Assembly: GCA_017395245.1 (NCBI GenBank)
Contig: JAFPVR010000011.1
Location: forward strand, 54,659 to 118,658
Length of the DNA stretch: 64,000 nt
Direction of reading: 5' to 3'
Source of the DNA: Bacteroidales bacterium
Lineage (GTDB): Bacteria; Bacteroidota; Bacteroidia; Bacteroidales; WCHB1-69
Made by a program: the position numbers and the translations under genes. The notes below the pieces were generated by a model, which saw only the letters and a program-made list of their open reading frames with translations, was not told the origin of the DNA and made no database searches. Shown here one piece after another: positions 40,460 through 49,169 of the stretch; position 1 is the first letter of the stretch, and each line of letters starts with the position of its first letter.

Positions 40460-40609
40460 GCCCCACACTGCGCTTTGCTTGTGTGGGGTTAATTGCGCTT
40501 CGCGCGTCTTGTCTCTTCGAGGCTGCTCCTTGTTCGTAAGCCCCCCACACTGCTCTCCGCTTGTGTGGGGTTAATTGCGCTTCGCGCGTGTTGTCTCTTC
40601 GAGACTGCT
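40460..40609 (+). repeat. Two tandem approximately 70-bp structured elements with 80-bp period
   Basis: Each copy reads CCCCACAC-N11-GTGTGGGG TTAATT GCGCTTCGCGC G..TT GTCTCTTCGAG(G/A)C TGCT. Confidence 0.85.
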
Positions 40610-40629
40610 TAAGGAAAGAGTATATTTTA

Positions 40630-40637
40630 TATTTTTG
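40630..40637 (+). promoter_or_regulatory. -7 box TATTTTTG (small lipoprotein / DUF4369 operon)
   Basis: TAnnTTTG ending 5 nt before ATG 40642. Confidence 0.5.
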
Positions 40638-40641
40638 CCGT

Positions 40642-40872
40642 ATGAAAAAGAAACTGATATTTATCCTTATTGTTTGCGCAACTGTTTGCATATCAACCTC
40701 TTGCGCGAGAAAGGTCAACGGCGCCACGCCGCACCGCCGCGACCGCAACTGCGGCTGCGAGAACCTCTCCCCCACCCCGAACAATGTACAATGTACAATG
40801 AATAATGTACAATTCACCGATTACAGATCACAGTTCACTAATCACCAATCACTGATCACCAATCACCAATGA
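40642..40872 (+). CDS. Possible small lipoprotein; C-terminal third encoded by heptamer repeats
   Basis: MKKKLIFILIVCATVCISTSC lipobox-like signal. The stop overlaps the next ATG (ATGA). The TATTTTTG box ends only 5 nt before the ATG, so expression is uncertain. Confidence 0.35.
   Translation: MKKKLIFILIVCATVCISTSCARKVNGATPHRRDRNCGCENLSPTPNNVQCTMNNVQFTDYRSQFTNHQSLITNHQ
40781..40871 (+). repeat. Heptamer tract, 13 units (ACAATGT... then ACYRATC/ACCAATC)
   Basis: 7-nt phase maintained over 91 nt. Ends on the ATG of 40869-41597. Confidence 0.9.
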
Positions 40873-41597
40873 AGAAACTACTGTTACTGATAACTGCCGC
40901 CCTCCTTCTCGCGGCGTGCGGCGACCGGAACACCTCCGTGGTCATTTCGGGCGACATCCACAACGGCGGCAACGCCAAAATGACCTTGGCGCTCATCACG
41001 GCGGATGGATTGGAGAAAATCGACTCCACGAACCTGCATGACGGCCACTTCGAGTTCAAAATCTCCTCCGAAAATGAACTCATCAAGGAGCGCGAAAACG
41101 CCCCGATGATGTTCCAGCTGTTCCTGTCGGACGACAACAGCATAGCCACGATGGCCAAGAAGGGCGAAAAGCTGAAAATCACCGCCGACGCGCAGGATCT
41201 GACAAAGACCTACCGCATCTCCGGCGGCGAAGAGGCCTTGCTGATACAGCAGTTGGACAGCACCCTGACCGGATTCATCGCTGTCGCCGACTCACTGTAC
41301 GGCATCTATGAGAAAAACATCGAAAACGATTCCGTCCGGGCGGACATCGATGCGCAATACATGAAGCATGTGAAGAGCCATCGCCGGTATTTGGAAGGGT
41401 TCATCGCCGCGCACCCGAACAATATGGCCTCGTATATCGCTTTCTACCAGAGTTATAACCGCCGCAGCTTTTTTGACGTGTATCAAGATTTGGACGTGCT
41501 GAAACAGATTAACGCGAATATGTCCAAGGTCTATCCCGAAAGCGAGTATGTGAAAACGATGACCCACATAGCGGAAATGATGGAATCCCGGCGGTAG
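40869..41597 (+). CDS. Lipoprotein with DUF4369-like N-terminal domain
   Basis: MKKLLLLITAALLLAACG lipobox. ISGDI..G..AKMTLA...D..F.F resembles the DUF4369 domain of TlpA-type lipoproteins, but there is no thioredoxin part. Confidence 0.65.
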   Translation: MKKLLLLITAALLLAACGDRNTSVVISGDIHNGGNAKMTLALITADGLEKIDSTNLHDGHFEFKISSENELIKERENAPMMFQLFLSDDNSIATMAKKGEKLKITADAQDLTKTYRISGGEEALLIQQLDSTLTGFIAVADSLYGIYEKNIENDSVRADIDAQYMKHVKSHRRYLEGFIAAHPNNMASYIAFYQSYNRRSFFDVYQDLDVLKQINANMSKVYPESEYVKTMTHIAEMMESRR

Positions 41598-41620
41598 AGA
41601 CAGGGCATGTCCCGCCTCCA
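41594..41620. repeat. Degenerate REP-like element
   Basis: GTAGAGACAGGGCATGTCCCGCCTCCA. Its TAG 41595-41597 is the stop of 40869-41597. Confidence 0.55.
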
Positions 41621-41656
41621 CGGAAAATACCCCTTTGTGCGTATCCATATTTTGTG

Positions 41657-41664
41657 TACCTTTG
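41657..41664 (+). promoter_or_regulatory. -7 box TACCTTTG (guaA)
   Basis: TAnnTTTG, about 100 nt before the ATG. The leader contains two hairpins. Confidence 0.5.
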
Positions 41665-41670
41665 CCGCGG

Positions 41671-41700
41671 TTTAGGAGCTGCGGCATTCCTGCCGCAAAA
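41671..41700 (-). repeat. Hairpin element, family 2 (inverted orientation)
   Basis: TTTAGGAGCTGCGGCATTCCTGCCGCAAAA is the reverse complement of the 19772 copy. A second hairpin GTCGCCAGGAATGGCGAC follows, in the guaA leader. Confidence 0.75.
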
Positions 41701-41767
41701 AGGTCGCCAGGAATGGCGACACTCCTATAACAAAGCTTGTTTTTTGAAAATATAGAAAACCCCTACA

Positions 41768-43288
41768 ATGGAGAAAATCATTATTTTAGACTTCGGTTCC
41801 CAGTACACGCAGCTCATCGCGCGTCGCATCCGCGAGCTGAACACCTATTGCGAAATCCTGCCTTACAACAAGTTCCCGTTTGGAGACCCTGACATCAAGG
41901 GGGTTATCCTTTCGGGAAGCCCGTTCTCAGTGAACGATGCCAACGCCTTCAAACCCGATTTGTCGGAAATCAGAGGCCACTATCCTCTGCTCGGCATCTG
42001 CTACGGCGCGCAGTATCTGGCCCAGCTCGGCGGTGGTGTCGTCGGGGCAAGCTCCACCCGCGAATACGGCCGCGCCCATCTCGCCTACGTGGAGGCCGAC
42101 GATGTGCTGCTGAAAGGCGTTCCGCAAGAGAGCCAAGTGTGGATGTCGCATGGCGATACTATCCTGCAACTTCCTGACAACTACCATATTATCGCCAGCA
42201 GTAAGGAGGTGAAAGTGGCCGCTTACCACATTCTGGAGGAACCCACCTGGGCGGTGCAATTCCACCCTGAAGTCTATCACTCCACCGACGGCACGACCAT
42301 CCTGCGCAACTTTGTGCAGACCATTTGCGGTTGCAAGCAGGACTGGACCCCCGAATCGTTCATCGAAAGCACCGTGCGCGAACTGCGCGAGGAGGTCGGC
42401 AGCGACAACGTGGTGCTCGGACTTTCCGGCGGTGTCGATTCTACCGTGGCGGCCGTATTGCTCAACAAAGCCATCGGCAAGCAGCTCAACTGCATCTTCG
42501 TGGATAACGGCTTGTTGCGCAAAGACGAGTTCACCTCCGTGCTGGAGCAGTACAAAACCTTGGGACTCAACATCAAAGGTGTAAACGCTTCCCAACGTTT
42601 CTACGATGCACTTCGTGGTGTGACCGACCCCGAAAAGAAGCGCAAGATCATCGGCGCGGGCTTCATCGAAGTGTTCGAGGAAGAAGCTCGTAAGTTAGAT
42701 AATATCAAGTGGTTGGCGCAAGGAACCATCTATCCCGACCGCATCGAATCGCTCTCCATCACCGGCATGGTCATCAAGTCGCACCACAACGTGGGCGGTC
42801 TGCCGGAAAAGATGAACATGAAGATCATCGAGCCGCTGAAGCTGCTCTTCAAGGATGAGGTGCGCCGCATCGGCACGGCCTTGGGCATTCCCGAGCGGCT
42901 CATCAAGCGTCATCCGTTCCCGGGTCCCGGTTTGGGTGTGCGCATCTTGGGCGACATCACCCCCGAGAAGGTCCGGATCCTGCAAGAGGCCGATGCCATC
43001 TTCATCAACGGATTGTGGGACAACGACTTGTACGACAAAGTTTGGCAGGCGGGCACCATCCTGCTACCGATTCAATCGGTGGGCGTGATGGGCGACGAGC
43101 GCACCTACGAGAACGCCGTGGCCCTGCGTGCCGTGCTCTCCACCGACGGCATGACCGCTGACTGGGCGCACTTGCCTTACGAATTCCTCGCCAAGGTCTC
43201 CAACGACATCATCAACAAGGTTCGCGGTGTCAACCGCGTGGTCTATGACATCAGCTCGAAACCACCCGCAACGATCGAGTGGGAATAA
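41768..43288 (+). CDS. guaA: GMP synthase (glutamine-hydrolysing)
   Basis: GATase LGICYG and ATP-PPase SGGVDS motifs. C-terminal ...KPPATIEWE. Confidence 0.97.
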   Translation: MEKIIILDFGSQYTQLIARRIRELNTYCEILPYNKFPFGDPDIKGVILSGSPFSVNDANAFKPDLSEIRGHYPLLGICYGAQYLAQLGGGVVGASSTREYGRAHLAYVEADDVLLKGVPQESQVWMSHGDTILQLPDNYHIIASSKEVKVAAYHILEEPTWAVQFHPEVYHSTDGTTILRNFVQTICGCKQDWTPESFIESTVRELREEVGSDNVVLGLSGGVDSTVAAVLLNKAIGKQLNCIFVDNGLLRKDEFTSVLEQYKTLGLNIKGVNASQRFYDALRGVTDPEKKRKIIGAGFIEVFEEEARKLDNIKWLAQGTIYPDRIESLSITGMVIKSHHNVGGLPEKMNMKIIEPLKLLFKDEVRRIGTALGIPERLIKRHPFPGPGLGVRILGDITPEKVRILQEADAIFINGLWDNDLYDKVWQAGTILLPIQSVGVMGDERTYENAVALRAVLSTDGMTADWAHLPYEFLAKVSNDIINKVRGVNRVVYDISSKPPATIEWE

Positions 43289-43316
43289 AAACGAGGAAAG
43301 TTGATACTTTGCCACA

Positions 43317-43352
43317 GAGACCCCTTCGGAGAAATTCGTCGGGGTCTTTTTT
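43317..43352 (+). terminator. Intrinsic terminator of guaA
   Basis: AGACCCC...GGGGTCT followed by TTTTTT. Confidence 0.8.
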
Positions 43353-43396
43353 GTGGTGATGAATAATTTTGAATATCACAGCGAAGATATATAAAA

Positions 43397-43624
43397 ATGT
43401 GTACTTTTGGTGAGAAAACGAACCATTGTTGGAGTAAATGGAGAAAAAGCTCAATCCAAAAGCTGCTCGACCTGCAGGGCCGGAAGCTGGCCACCCTCTT
43501 GGATTCGCCCGCCGGCACGTCCCTGCCGGTGATCGACCTCTCGCCCTATCCCTCCGGCACATACCTTGTGAAGATCAACTTCGAGCGGGGGGTGAGCGTG
43601 GTGAGGAAGGTGGTTAGGAGTTAG
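43397..43624 (+). pseudogene. Orphan relic of a T9SS C-terminal sorting domain
   Basis: ...IQKLLDLQGRKLATLLDSPAGTSLPVIDLSPYPSGTYLVKINFERGVSVVRKVVRS* is a CTD-like approximately 60-aa tail with no upstream protein body. Confidence 0.5.
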
Positions 43625-43704
43625 TAGTTGTAGTTGGTTCGCAGGGCGATTATTCGCGGAGGCAAACTTGTCTCGTAATTGGAAGCTTTACTTGTTTTTG
43701 GACA

Positions 43705-45162
43705 TTAGAAAGCGAACAGGTCGTCCAATGTGATCACTTTCTGGAATCTTCCGCTGTAAATGCCGTTTTTCAAACCGTAGGTGGTCACCAACGTCATCTG
43801 GGGATTTTTCCGACTTTTTGTCTGTTCTGTGATGGCGATGATTTTGTTCCGGAGTTTTTCGTCATAATCTTTGTCTATGGAAAACTCCCCTTGCACATAT
43901 TTCATCTCACATACATTGACAACCCTGTCGGCTCTGTCAATGAGCATGTCTATTTGCGCCCCGGGAGTGTCATTCTCAGAAATGCATCTCCACGGATATA
44001 TCTCTGTGTGAACCCCTTGGATGCCCAAAGCCCGCTTGATTTGCTCCTGATGGGAGAAACAGACATCCTCGAACGCTTGTCCGCGCCAGGAATTGAGCTT
44101 CGGCAAGTGCTGGTTGTCCTGCCAGAATGTTTTGTTATTGGTGGGGTGCTTTACGGCAAATTTCAGATAAAACAGGCAGAAAGGGTCGGTTAGTTTGTAA
44201 TATTTATTCCTTTTGGACTCTCCAAAATTGAAGAACGAGGTGATGATGTCGCACTCTTCCAAAGAAAGAAGGATGTCTGAAATGTTTCCGCCGTCACTGA
44301 TACTAAGCTCTTTGCAGATTTGGGGACGCAAAACACCGTAACGGTATTTGCTGATGCATTCAACAATCCGCTTGAATTTGTCGTTATCTGCAAACATGGA
44401 CTGAAACAGCCGATCATACTCTTTTTGCAACTTGTTGCCGCGCTCAAAGAAAACGGTATCCACATTCTGAGCCAACGATTTTCCTTTTTCGAACAAAGAC
44501 AGATAGTAGGGAATACCTCCAACAATCATATAGGACTGAACGATGTCATACCGGTCCATCAGAATGCCTCTTTTCTGAAAATAGGCTTCTGTCTCGGAAA
44601 GCGTAAAAGGATGAATATGAATATCACGCGATGTCCTGTCATAAAGTCCCCCGTTGTTGTTTATCAATTTATCCAACATCCACGTAGTGGAACTGCCTGC
44701 TACGATAAACAACAGTTTGTGACGACCAGAGGCATATCGATTCCAAAAATGTTCCAAGGCACTCATAAAACCTGCGCGGGGGGTGTCTAACCAAGGCAAC
44801 TCGTCAATAAACAGGACCAATCTTTCTTCGGCAGGATGTTGCAGAATAAGCTGCCATAACCTGTCAAAAGCATCGAACCAGTCTTTGATTGGGGAATCAT
44901 CTTGAAAACCATACAGTTTCAACGTCTTTCCGAACTCATCCAACTGAATTCTGTATAACAATTCCGGATGCCTGTCTTTCAGTTCCTGAGGAGATATGGC
45001 CGTGTGGAAAAAAGTGAAATCATCGTCAAAATACTCTCGTATCAGAAAAGTTTTACCGACACGACGCCTGCCATACACGGCGACGAACTGGGGAAGTTCC
45101 TCGTCCATAAGTGTCTCTAACTGATGTATTTCCGTTTCTCTTGCAACGATAGACGTTTTCAT
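43705..45162 (-). CDS. AAA ATPase (archaeal-ATPase/DUF234-type 'ATP-binding protein')
   Basis: YGRRRVGKTFLIREYF and FIDELPWLD motifs. Colinear with 7716-9146. Confidence 0.8.
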   Translation of the reverse strand: MKTSIVARETEIHQLETLMDEELPQFVAVYGRRRVGKTFLIREYFDDDFTFFHTAISPQELKDRHPELLYRIQLDEFGKTLKLYGFQDDSPIKDWFDAFDRLWQLILQHPAEERLVLFIDELPWLDTPRAGFMSALEHFWNRYASGRHKLLFIVAGSSTTWMLDKLINNNGGLYDRTSRDIHIHPFTLSETEAYFQKRGILMDRYDIVQSYMIVGGIPYYLSLFEKGKSLAQNVDTVFFERGNKLQKEYDRLFQSMFADNDKFKRIVECISKYRYGVLRPQICKELSISDGGNISDILLSLEECDIITSFFNFGESKRNKYYKLTDPFCLFYLKFAVKHPTNNKTFWQDNQHLPKLNSWRGQAFEDVCFSHQEQIKRALGIQGVHTEIYPWRCISENDTPGAQIDMLIDRADRVVNVCEMKYVQGEFSIDKDYDEKLRNKIIAITEQTKSRKNPQMTLVTTYGLKNGIYSGRFQKVITLDDLFAF

Positions 45163-45182
45163 AATACGAAATTATTCGGCGG

Positions 45183-45190
45183 CAAAGATA
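45183..45190 (-). promoter_or_regulatory. -7 box TATCTTTG on minus strand (ATPase 43705-45162)
   Basis: Plus strand CAAAGATA, 21 nt upstream of the start. Confidence 0.55.
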
Positions 45191-45297
45191 TAAAAAATAC
45201 ATTTCGTCGCCAAATAATTTTTTGTTTTCAAAGTATACGGTGTGGTGAGGAAGGGCGTTAATGGATTGAAAAAGCGTCACTGTGACGGAAAAAGTTG

Positions 45298-45305
45298 TAT
45301 CTTTG
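45298..45305 (+). promoter_or_regulatory. -7 box TATCTTTG (cinA-xerD)
   Basis: TAnnTTTG, 30 nt before the ATG. Confidence 0.6.
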
Positions 45306-45334
45306 CAGAAAATAATAATCAGAAAAAATAACCA

Positions 45335-46588
45335 ATGATCCTCATCAACATCGGAGACGAACTCCTCTTAGGACAAGTCATCAACACCAACGCCGCCTTC
45401 ATCGGGCAGCAGATGGCCCTGGCGGGCATCGAAATGACAGAATGCGTCACCATCGGCGACGACGAGAGCGCCATTCGCAGCACCATCGAGAACGGATTTG
45501 CGAAAACCAACCTGATTGTGGTCACCGGCGGACTCGGACCCACCCGCGACGACATCACCAAAAAGGTCATCTGCGACTACTTCCACCGCGAACTGGTGGT
45601 GGACGAGCCGACCTTGGAGTGGGTGCGCGAGATTTTCGCCGCCCGCGGGATGGAATTCACGGAGACCAACAGCCACCAGGCCGACGTGCCCACAGGCTGC
45701 ACCGTCCTGAAGAACACCTTGGGTACTGCCCCCGGACTCTGGATAGAGCAGGACGGCAAGATTTTGGTCGCCCTTCCCGGCGTGCCGTTCGAGATGGAAA
45801 AGCTTATCTGTGAAGAGGTTCTGCCGAGATTGCAGGAGATTTTCCACCACGAGCACGCGGTGCTCTACAAGGTACTGCAATGTACGGGCATCAGCGAGAG
45901 CAACCTCTCTGACCAGCTCACCGACTTCGAGGCACAACTGCCGGAAAACATCAAGTTGGCCTACTTGCCGAAACCGGGCATCATCCGTCTGCGGCTGACC
46001 GCTTCGGGTGCCAACAACGAAGAACTGCAAACTTCTCTGAACCAGCAGTTTGAGAAACTGAAAGCCGAGGTAGGCTCGTTGGCCTTCGCCGACGAGGACA
46101 TCCCGATGGAAGCGGTCATCGGCAAGCTTCTGCGCGGAAGCGGTCGGCGCGTGGCCACCGCCGAAAGCTGTACCGGCGGCTTCATCGCGCACTTGATTAC
46201 CTCTGTACCAGGAAGTTCCGAATACTTCCAAGGCAGTGTAGTCTCCTACAGCAACCAGGTGAAGCGCGACATCCTCAACGTGCGGGAGGACAACCTCAAG
46301 AAACGCGGCGCAGTGAGCGAGCCGGTGGTCAGCGACATGGCCCTCAACGTGATGGACCTCTTGGATGTCGATTACGCCGTGGCCACCTCCGGCATCGCGG
46401 GTCCCGACGGCGGCACGGCCGAGAAGCCCGTGGGTACCGTCTGGATGGCTGTGGCCACCCCTACCCGACTGACGACCAAGGAGTTCCATTTCGGCAAGCA
46501 CACTGGTCGTAAGCAGATTATCGAGCGGGCCGCCCATGCTGCCCTCAACATGCTGCGTATCGAAATCGAAAAAGACCTCCGCCGATGA
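45335..46588 (+). CDS. cinA: CinA family protein (competence/damage-inducible; NMN amidohydrolase domain)
   Basis: MoCF-binding N-domain (GDELL.G...NTN, TGGLGPT.DD) plus C-terminal PncC-like ESCTGG. Confidence 0.9.
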   Translation: MILINIGDELLLGQVINTNAAFIGQQMALAGIEMTECVTIGDDESAIRSTIENGFAKTNLIVVTGGLGPTRDDITKKVICDYFHRELVVDEPTLEWVREIFAARGMEFTETNSHQADVPTGCTVLKNTLGTAPGLWIEQDGKILVALPGVPFEMEKLICEEVLPRLQEIFHHEHAVLYKVLQCTGISESNLSDQLTDFEAQLPENIKLAYLPKPGIIRLRLTASGANNEELQTSLNQQFEKLKAEVGSLAFADEDIPMEAVIGKLLRGSGRRVATAESCTGGFIAHLITSVPGSSEYFQGSVVSYSNQVKRDILNVREDNLKKRGAVSEPVVSDMALNVMDLLDVDYAVATSGIAGPDGGTAEKPVGTVWMAVATPTRLTTKEFHFGKHTGRKQIIERAAHAALNMLRIEIEKDLRR

Positions 46589-47466
46589 ACGCGCAAATCG
46601 CCCGCTTCCGGCAATACTTAGTCTATGAAAAAGGCCTCTCGCCCAAGAGTGTGGAGGCCTATTTGCACGATGTGCAGTTATTGGCGGACTTTTTGGGCGA
46701 GGACAAGATAGCCGACGCCACTTTCGAGGAGTTGCAGAAGTTCCTGAAACACCTTTACGAATCGGACTTCAACGCGCGGTCGCAGGCACGTATTGTTTCT
46801 GGAATGCGGGCCTTCTATCGCTACCTCATCTACGCCCGGCAGCGCGAAGACGACCCCACGGAGCTGTTGGATGCGCCCAAAATCGGAATGCATCTCCCTG
46901 ACGTGCTGACCGTTGAGGAAATAGAAAAAATTTTCAGTGTCATTGATTTGAGCACGCCGGAAGGTCACCGAAACCGCGCCATGGTAGAGGTAATGTACGG
47001 CTGTGGGCTGCGTGTCAGCGAGTTAGTGACCTTGCGGCTCTCCAACCTCTTCTTCGACGACGGCTTCATCAAAGTGGTCGGCAAGGGCAACAAAGAGCGG
47101 CTGATTCCCATTGGTGAGACCGCCATGAAGATGGTGAACCTATACGTTGAAGGCAAACGTAAAGAGCTGAAAATCAAGAAAGGCGAGGAGGATTACGTCT
47201 TTCTGAACCGCAGAGGGGCGCACCTCACCCGCGAGATGGTCTTCATGCTCGTGAAAAAGTGGGTGGCGGCGGCAGGCATCGAAAAGACGGTGAGTCCGCA
47301 CACGTTCCGCCACTCGTTCGCCACGCATCTCATCGAAGGCGGTGCCGATCTGCGGGCCGTGCAGGAGATGTTAGGCCACGAAAGTATCACCACCACAGAG
47401 ATTTACACGCACTTGGACCAAGACTACTTACGGACGAATATTGCCCTGTTCCATCCGAGGTATTAG
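46585..47466 (+). CDS. xerD: Tyrosine recombinase XerD
   Basis: R..HxxR..Y catalytic pattern (HTFRHSFATHL...GHESITTTEIYTHL). Overlaps the cinA stop. Confidence 0.9.
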   Translation: MNAQIARFRQYLVYEKGLSPKSVEAYLHDVQLLADFLGEDKIADATFEELQKFLKHLYESDFNARSQARIVSGMRAFYRYLIYARQREDDPTELLDAPKIGMHLPDVLTVEEIEKIFSVIDLSTPEGHRNRAMVEVMYGCGLRVSELVTLRLSNLFFDDGFIKVVGKGNKERLIPIGETAMKMVNLYVEGKRKELKIKKGEEDYVFLNRRGAHLTREMVFMLVKKWVAAAGIEKTVSPHTFRHSFATHLIEGGADLRAVQEMLGHESITTTEIYTHLDQDYLRTNIALFHPRY

Positions 47467-47487
47467 TCGTCAAAACCGTATTTTTAC

Positions 47488-47495
47488 TATCTTTG
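47488..47495 (+). promoter_or_regulatory. -7 box TATCTTTG (PAS gene)
   Basis: TAnnTTTG, 24 nt before ATG 47519. Confidence 0.55.
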
Positions 47496-47518
47496 CCACC
47501 GAATTAAAAACAAAGACT

Positions 47519-47857
47519 ATGCTGGAATATTTTCACAATGTGCCGTTTTCGGTGACCGTTTGCGACAAAGACGGTAAGATACTGGAAATGAACGAAACCG
47601 CTGAGCGCGTGCTCAGCCATGGCAAACATATTATAGGGCAAAACCTGCTGGACTGCCATCCCGAGCCAGCCCGCACGAAACTTGTCGAGATGCTCAAAAA
47701 CCACAACCTCAACGCCTACACCATCGAGAAAAATGGCGTGAAGAAGCTGATATACCAGTCCCCGTGGTTCGAAAACGGCGAGTTTGCCGGGTATATCGAA
47801 TTATCCATGGAAATCCCGATGGAGATGCCGCATTATGTCCGGCAACCGAAACCGTAG
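47519..47857 (+). CDS. PAS domain protein (stand-alone)
   Basis: 112 aa with FSVTVCDKDGKILEMNE...GQNLLDCHPE. TATCTTTG box 24 nt upstream. The stop TAG lies in a degenerate REP. Confidence 0.65.
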   Translation: MLEYFHNVPFSVTVCDKDGKILEMNETAERVLSHGKHIIGQNLLDCHPEPARTKLVEMLKNHNLNAYTIEKNGVKKLIYQSPWFENGEFAGYIELSMEIPMEMPHYVRQPKP

Positions 47858-47880
47858 GGACATGCCTGGCGCGTCTCTAC
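47854..47880. repeat. Degenerate REP-like element
   Basis: GTAGGGACATGCCTGGCGCGTCTCTAC. Its TAG 47855-47857 is the stop of the PAS gene. Confidence 0.65.
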
Positions 47881-47885
47881 AACAC

Positions 47886-47919
47886 CCCAATCACTATTCA
47901 CCAATCACCAATCACAATG
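47886..47919 (+). repeat. Heptamer tract (CCCAATC ACTATTC ACCAATC ACCAATC ACAATG)
   Basis: Same ACCAATC unit as at 40844-40871. Runs into the rlmB ATG. Confidence 0.85.
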
Positions 47920-48666
47920 AAATCCGACACCGAAATCACCTACGGCATGCGCCCCGTAATGGAGGCCATAGAGAGCGGTAAGACCATCGACAAAGTCCTG
48001 TTCCAGAAGGGCTTGCAGGGTGAATTGTTCAAGCAGCTTTTCTACGAGGTGCGGCAACGGAAGATTCCGTTCCAATACGTGCCGCAGGAGAAACTCAACC
48101 GGCTCACGCGCCAGAACCACCAAGGCGTGATTGCCTTCCTGTCGGCCATCGAATACTGCGACATATACAACATTGTGCCGTCGATTTTCGAGGAGGGTAG
48201 GGTGCCTTTCTTGCTGCTTTTGGACAAAATCACGGACGTGCGCAATGTAGGCGCGATTGCCCGCTCAGCTGAGTGCGCAGGGGTGGATGCCATTATCCTA
48301 CCGCTTAACGGTGGGGCACAGCTCAACGAGGATGCGGTGAAAAGTTCCGCCGGAGCCTTGCACAAAGTACCCGTCTGTCGGCACTCCAACCTTGTGGAAG
48401 TGATTCAGTATCTGAAAGATAGCGGCATTGAGGTGATTGGTGTGACAGAAAAGGCCAACCATGCGCACTACAACAAGGATTTCACCGGCCCCGTCTGCCT
48501 GATTATGGGCAACGAGTACGAGGGCATCGCGTGGGACTATCTGCGGCACTGCAACGACACGGTTACCATTCCGATGGTCGGCACCATCCGCTCGCTGAAT
48601 GTCTCTGTGGCCACAGGTATTGCCCTTTTCGAGGTTGTAAAACAACGTAATCCTGTAACAGAATGA
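47917..48666 (+). CDS. rlmB: SpoU/TrmH-family rRNA 2'-O-methyltransferase (RlmB-like)
   Basis: NVGAIARSA, LIMGNEYEGI and IPM.G...SLNVSVATGI motifs. Start at MKSDTEITYG directly after a heptamer tract. Confidence 0.85.
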   Translation: MKSDTEITYGMRPVMEAIESGKTIDKVLFQKGLQGELFKQLFYEVRQRKIPFQYVPQEKLNRLTRQNHQGVIAFLSAIEYCDIYNIVPSIFEEGRVPFLLLLDKITDVRNVGAIARSAECAGVDAIILPLNGGAQLNEDAVKSSAGALHKVPVCRHSNLVEVIQYLKDSGIEVIGVTEKANHAHYNKDFTGPVCLIMGNEYEGIAWDYLRHCNDTVTIPMVGTIRSLNVSVATGIALFEVVKQRNPVTE

Positions 48667-49169
48667 AAATTGGCGTACTTTCCGATACCCACGGCTACTT
48701 GCACCCCGATGCCTTTGCGTTTTTCAAGGGTTGTGACGAGATTTGGCACGCCGGCGACATTATGGACGATTTCATCTTGGACGAACTTCGGGCCATCGCT
48801 CCAACGGTAAGGGCGGTCTACGGTAACTGCGATGACTGGGATATTCGTCGCGAAGTGGGTGAATATGAGGTTTTTACCTGCGAGAAGCACAAGGTTGCGC
48901 TGATGCATATTGTAGGTTCTCCTGGACGCTATCAGCCGAAAGCGTTGGAAATCATCCGTGAGGAGCATCCGACCATTTTCGTGGCCGGACATTCGCACAT
49001 CCTGAAAATCATGTTCGACAAATACCATAACCTCCTGTTTATCAATCCCGGAGCGGCAGGCAAATACGGCATCCACACGCGGCTGACCATGCTGCGCTTC
49101 GAAATTGAAGGCAAGGAGATCAAGAACATGGAAATTTTTGATATTCCCAAACAAGTACCTGTGAAATGA
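48663..49169 (+). CDS. Metallophosphoesterase (YfcE/MJ0936 family)
   Basis: MKIGVLSDTHG...HAGD...GNCD...GHSH motifs. Confidence 0.85.
   Translation: MKIGVLSDTHGYLHPDAFAFFKGCDEIWHAGDIMDDFILDELRAIAPTVRAVYGNCDDWDIRREVGEYEVFTCEKHKVALMHIVGSPGRYQPKALEIIREEHPTIFVAGHSHILKIMFDKYHNLLFINPGAAGKYGIHTRLTMLRFEIEGKEIKNMEIFDIPKQVPVK

Noticed and set aside
40437-40872. Track ORFs 40437-40817 (minus strand) and the long form of 40561-40872 (plus strand) covering the 80-bp tandem elements.
   Set aside because: The reading frames run through repeated hairpin elements and a promoter box. Only the segment from ATG 40642, with a lipoprotein signal, is plausible, and even that has low confidence.
46585-47466. Tyrosine recombinase as the integrase of a mobile element.
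   Set aside because: It has the XerD-type sequence and is translationally coupled to cinA in a housekeeping context. There are no flanking att-like repeats or cargo.
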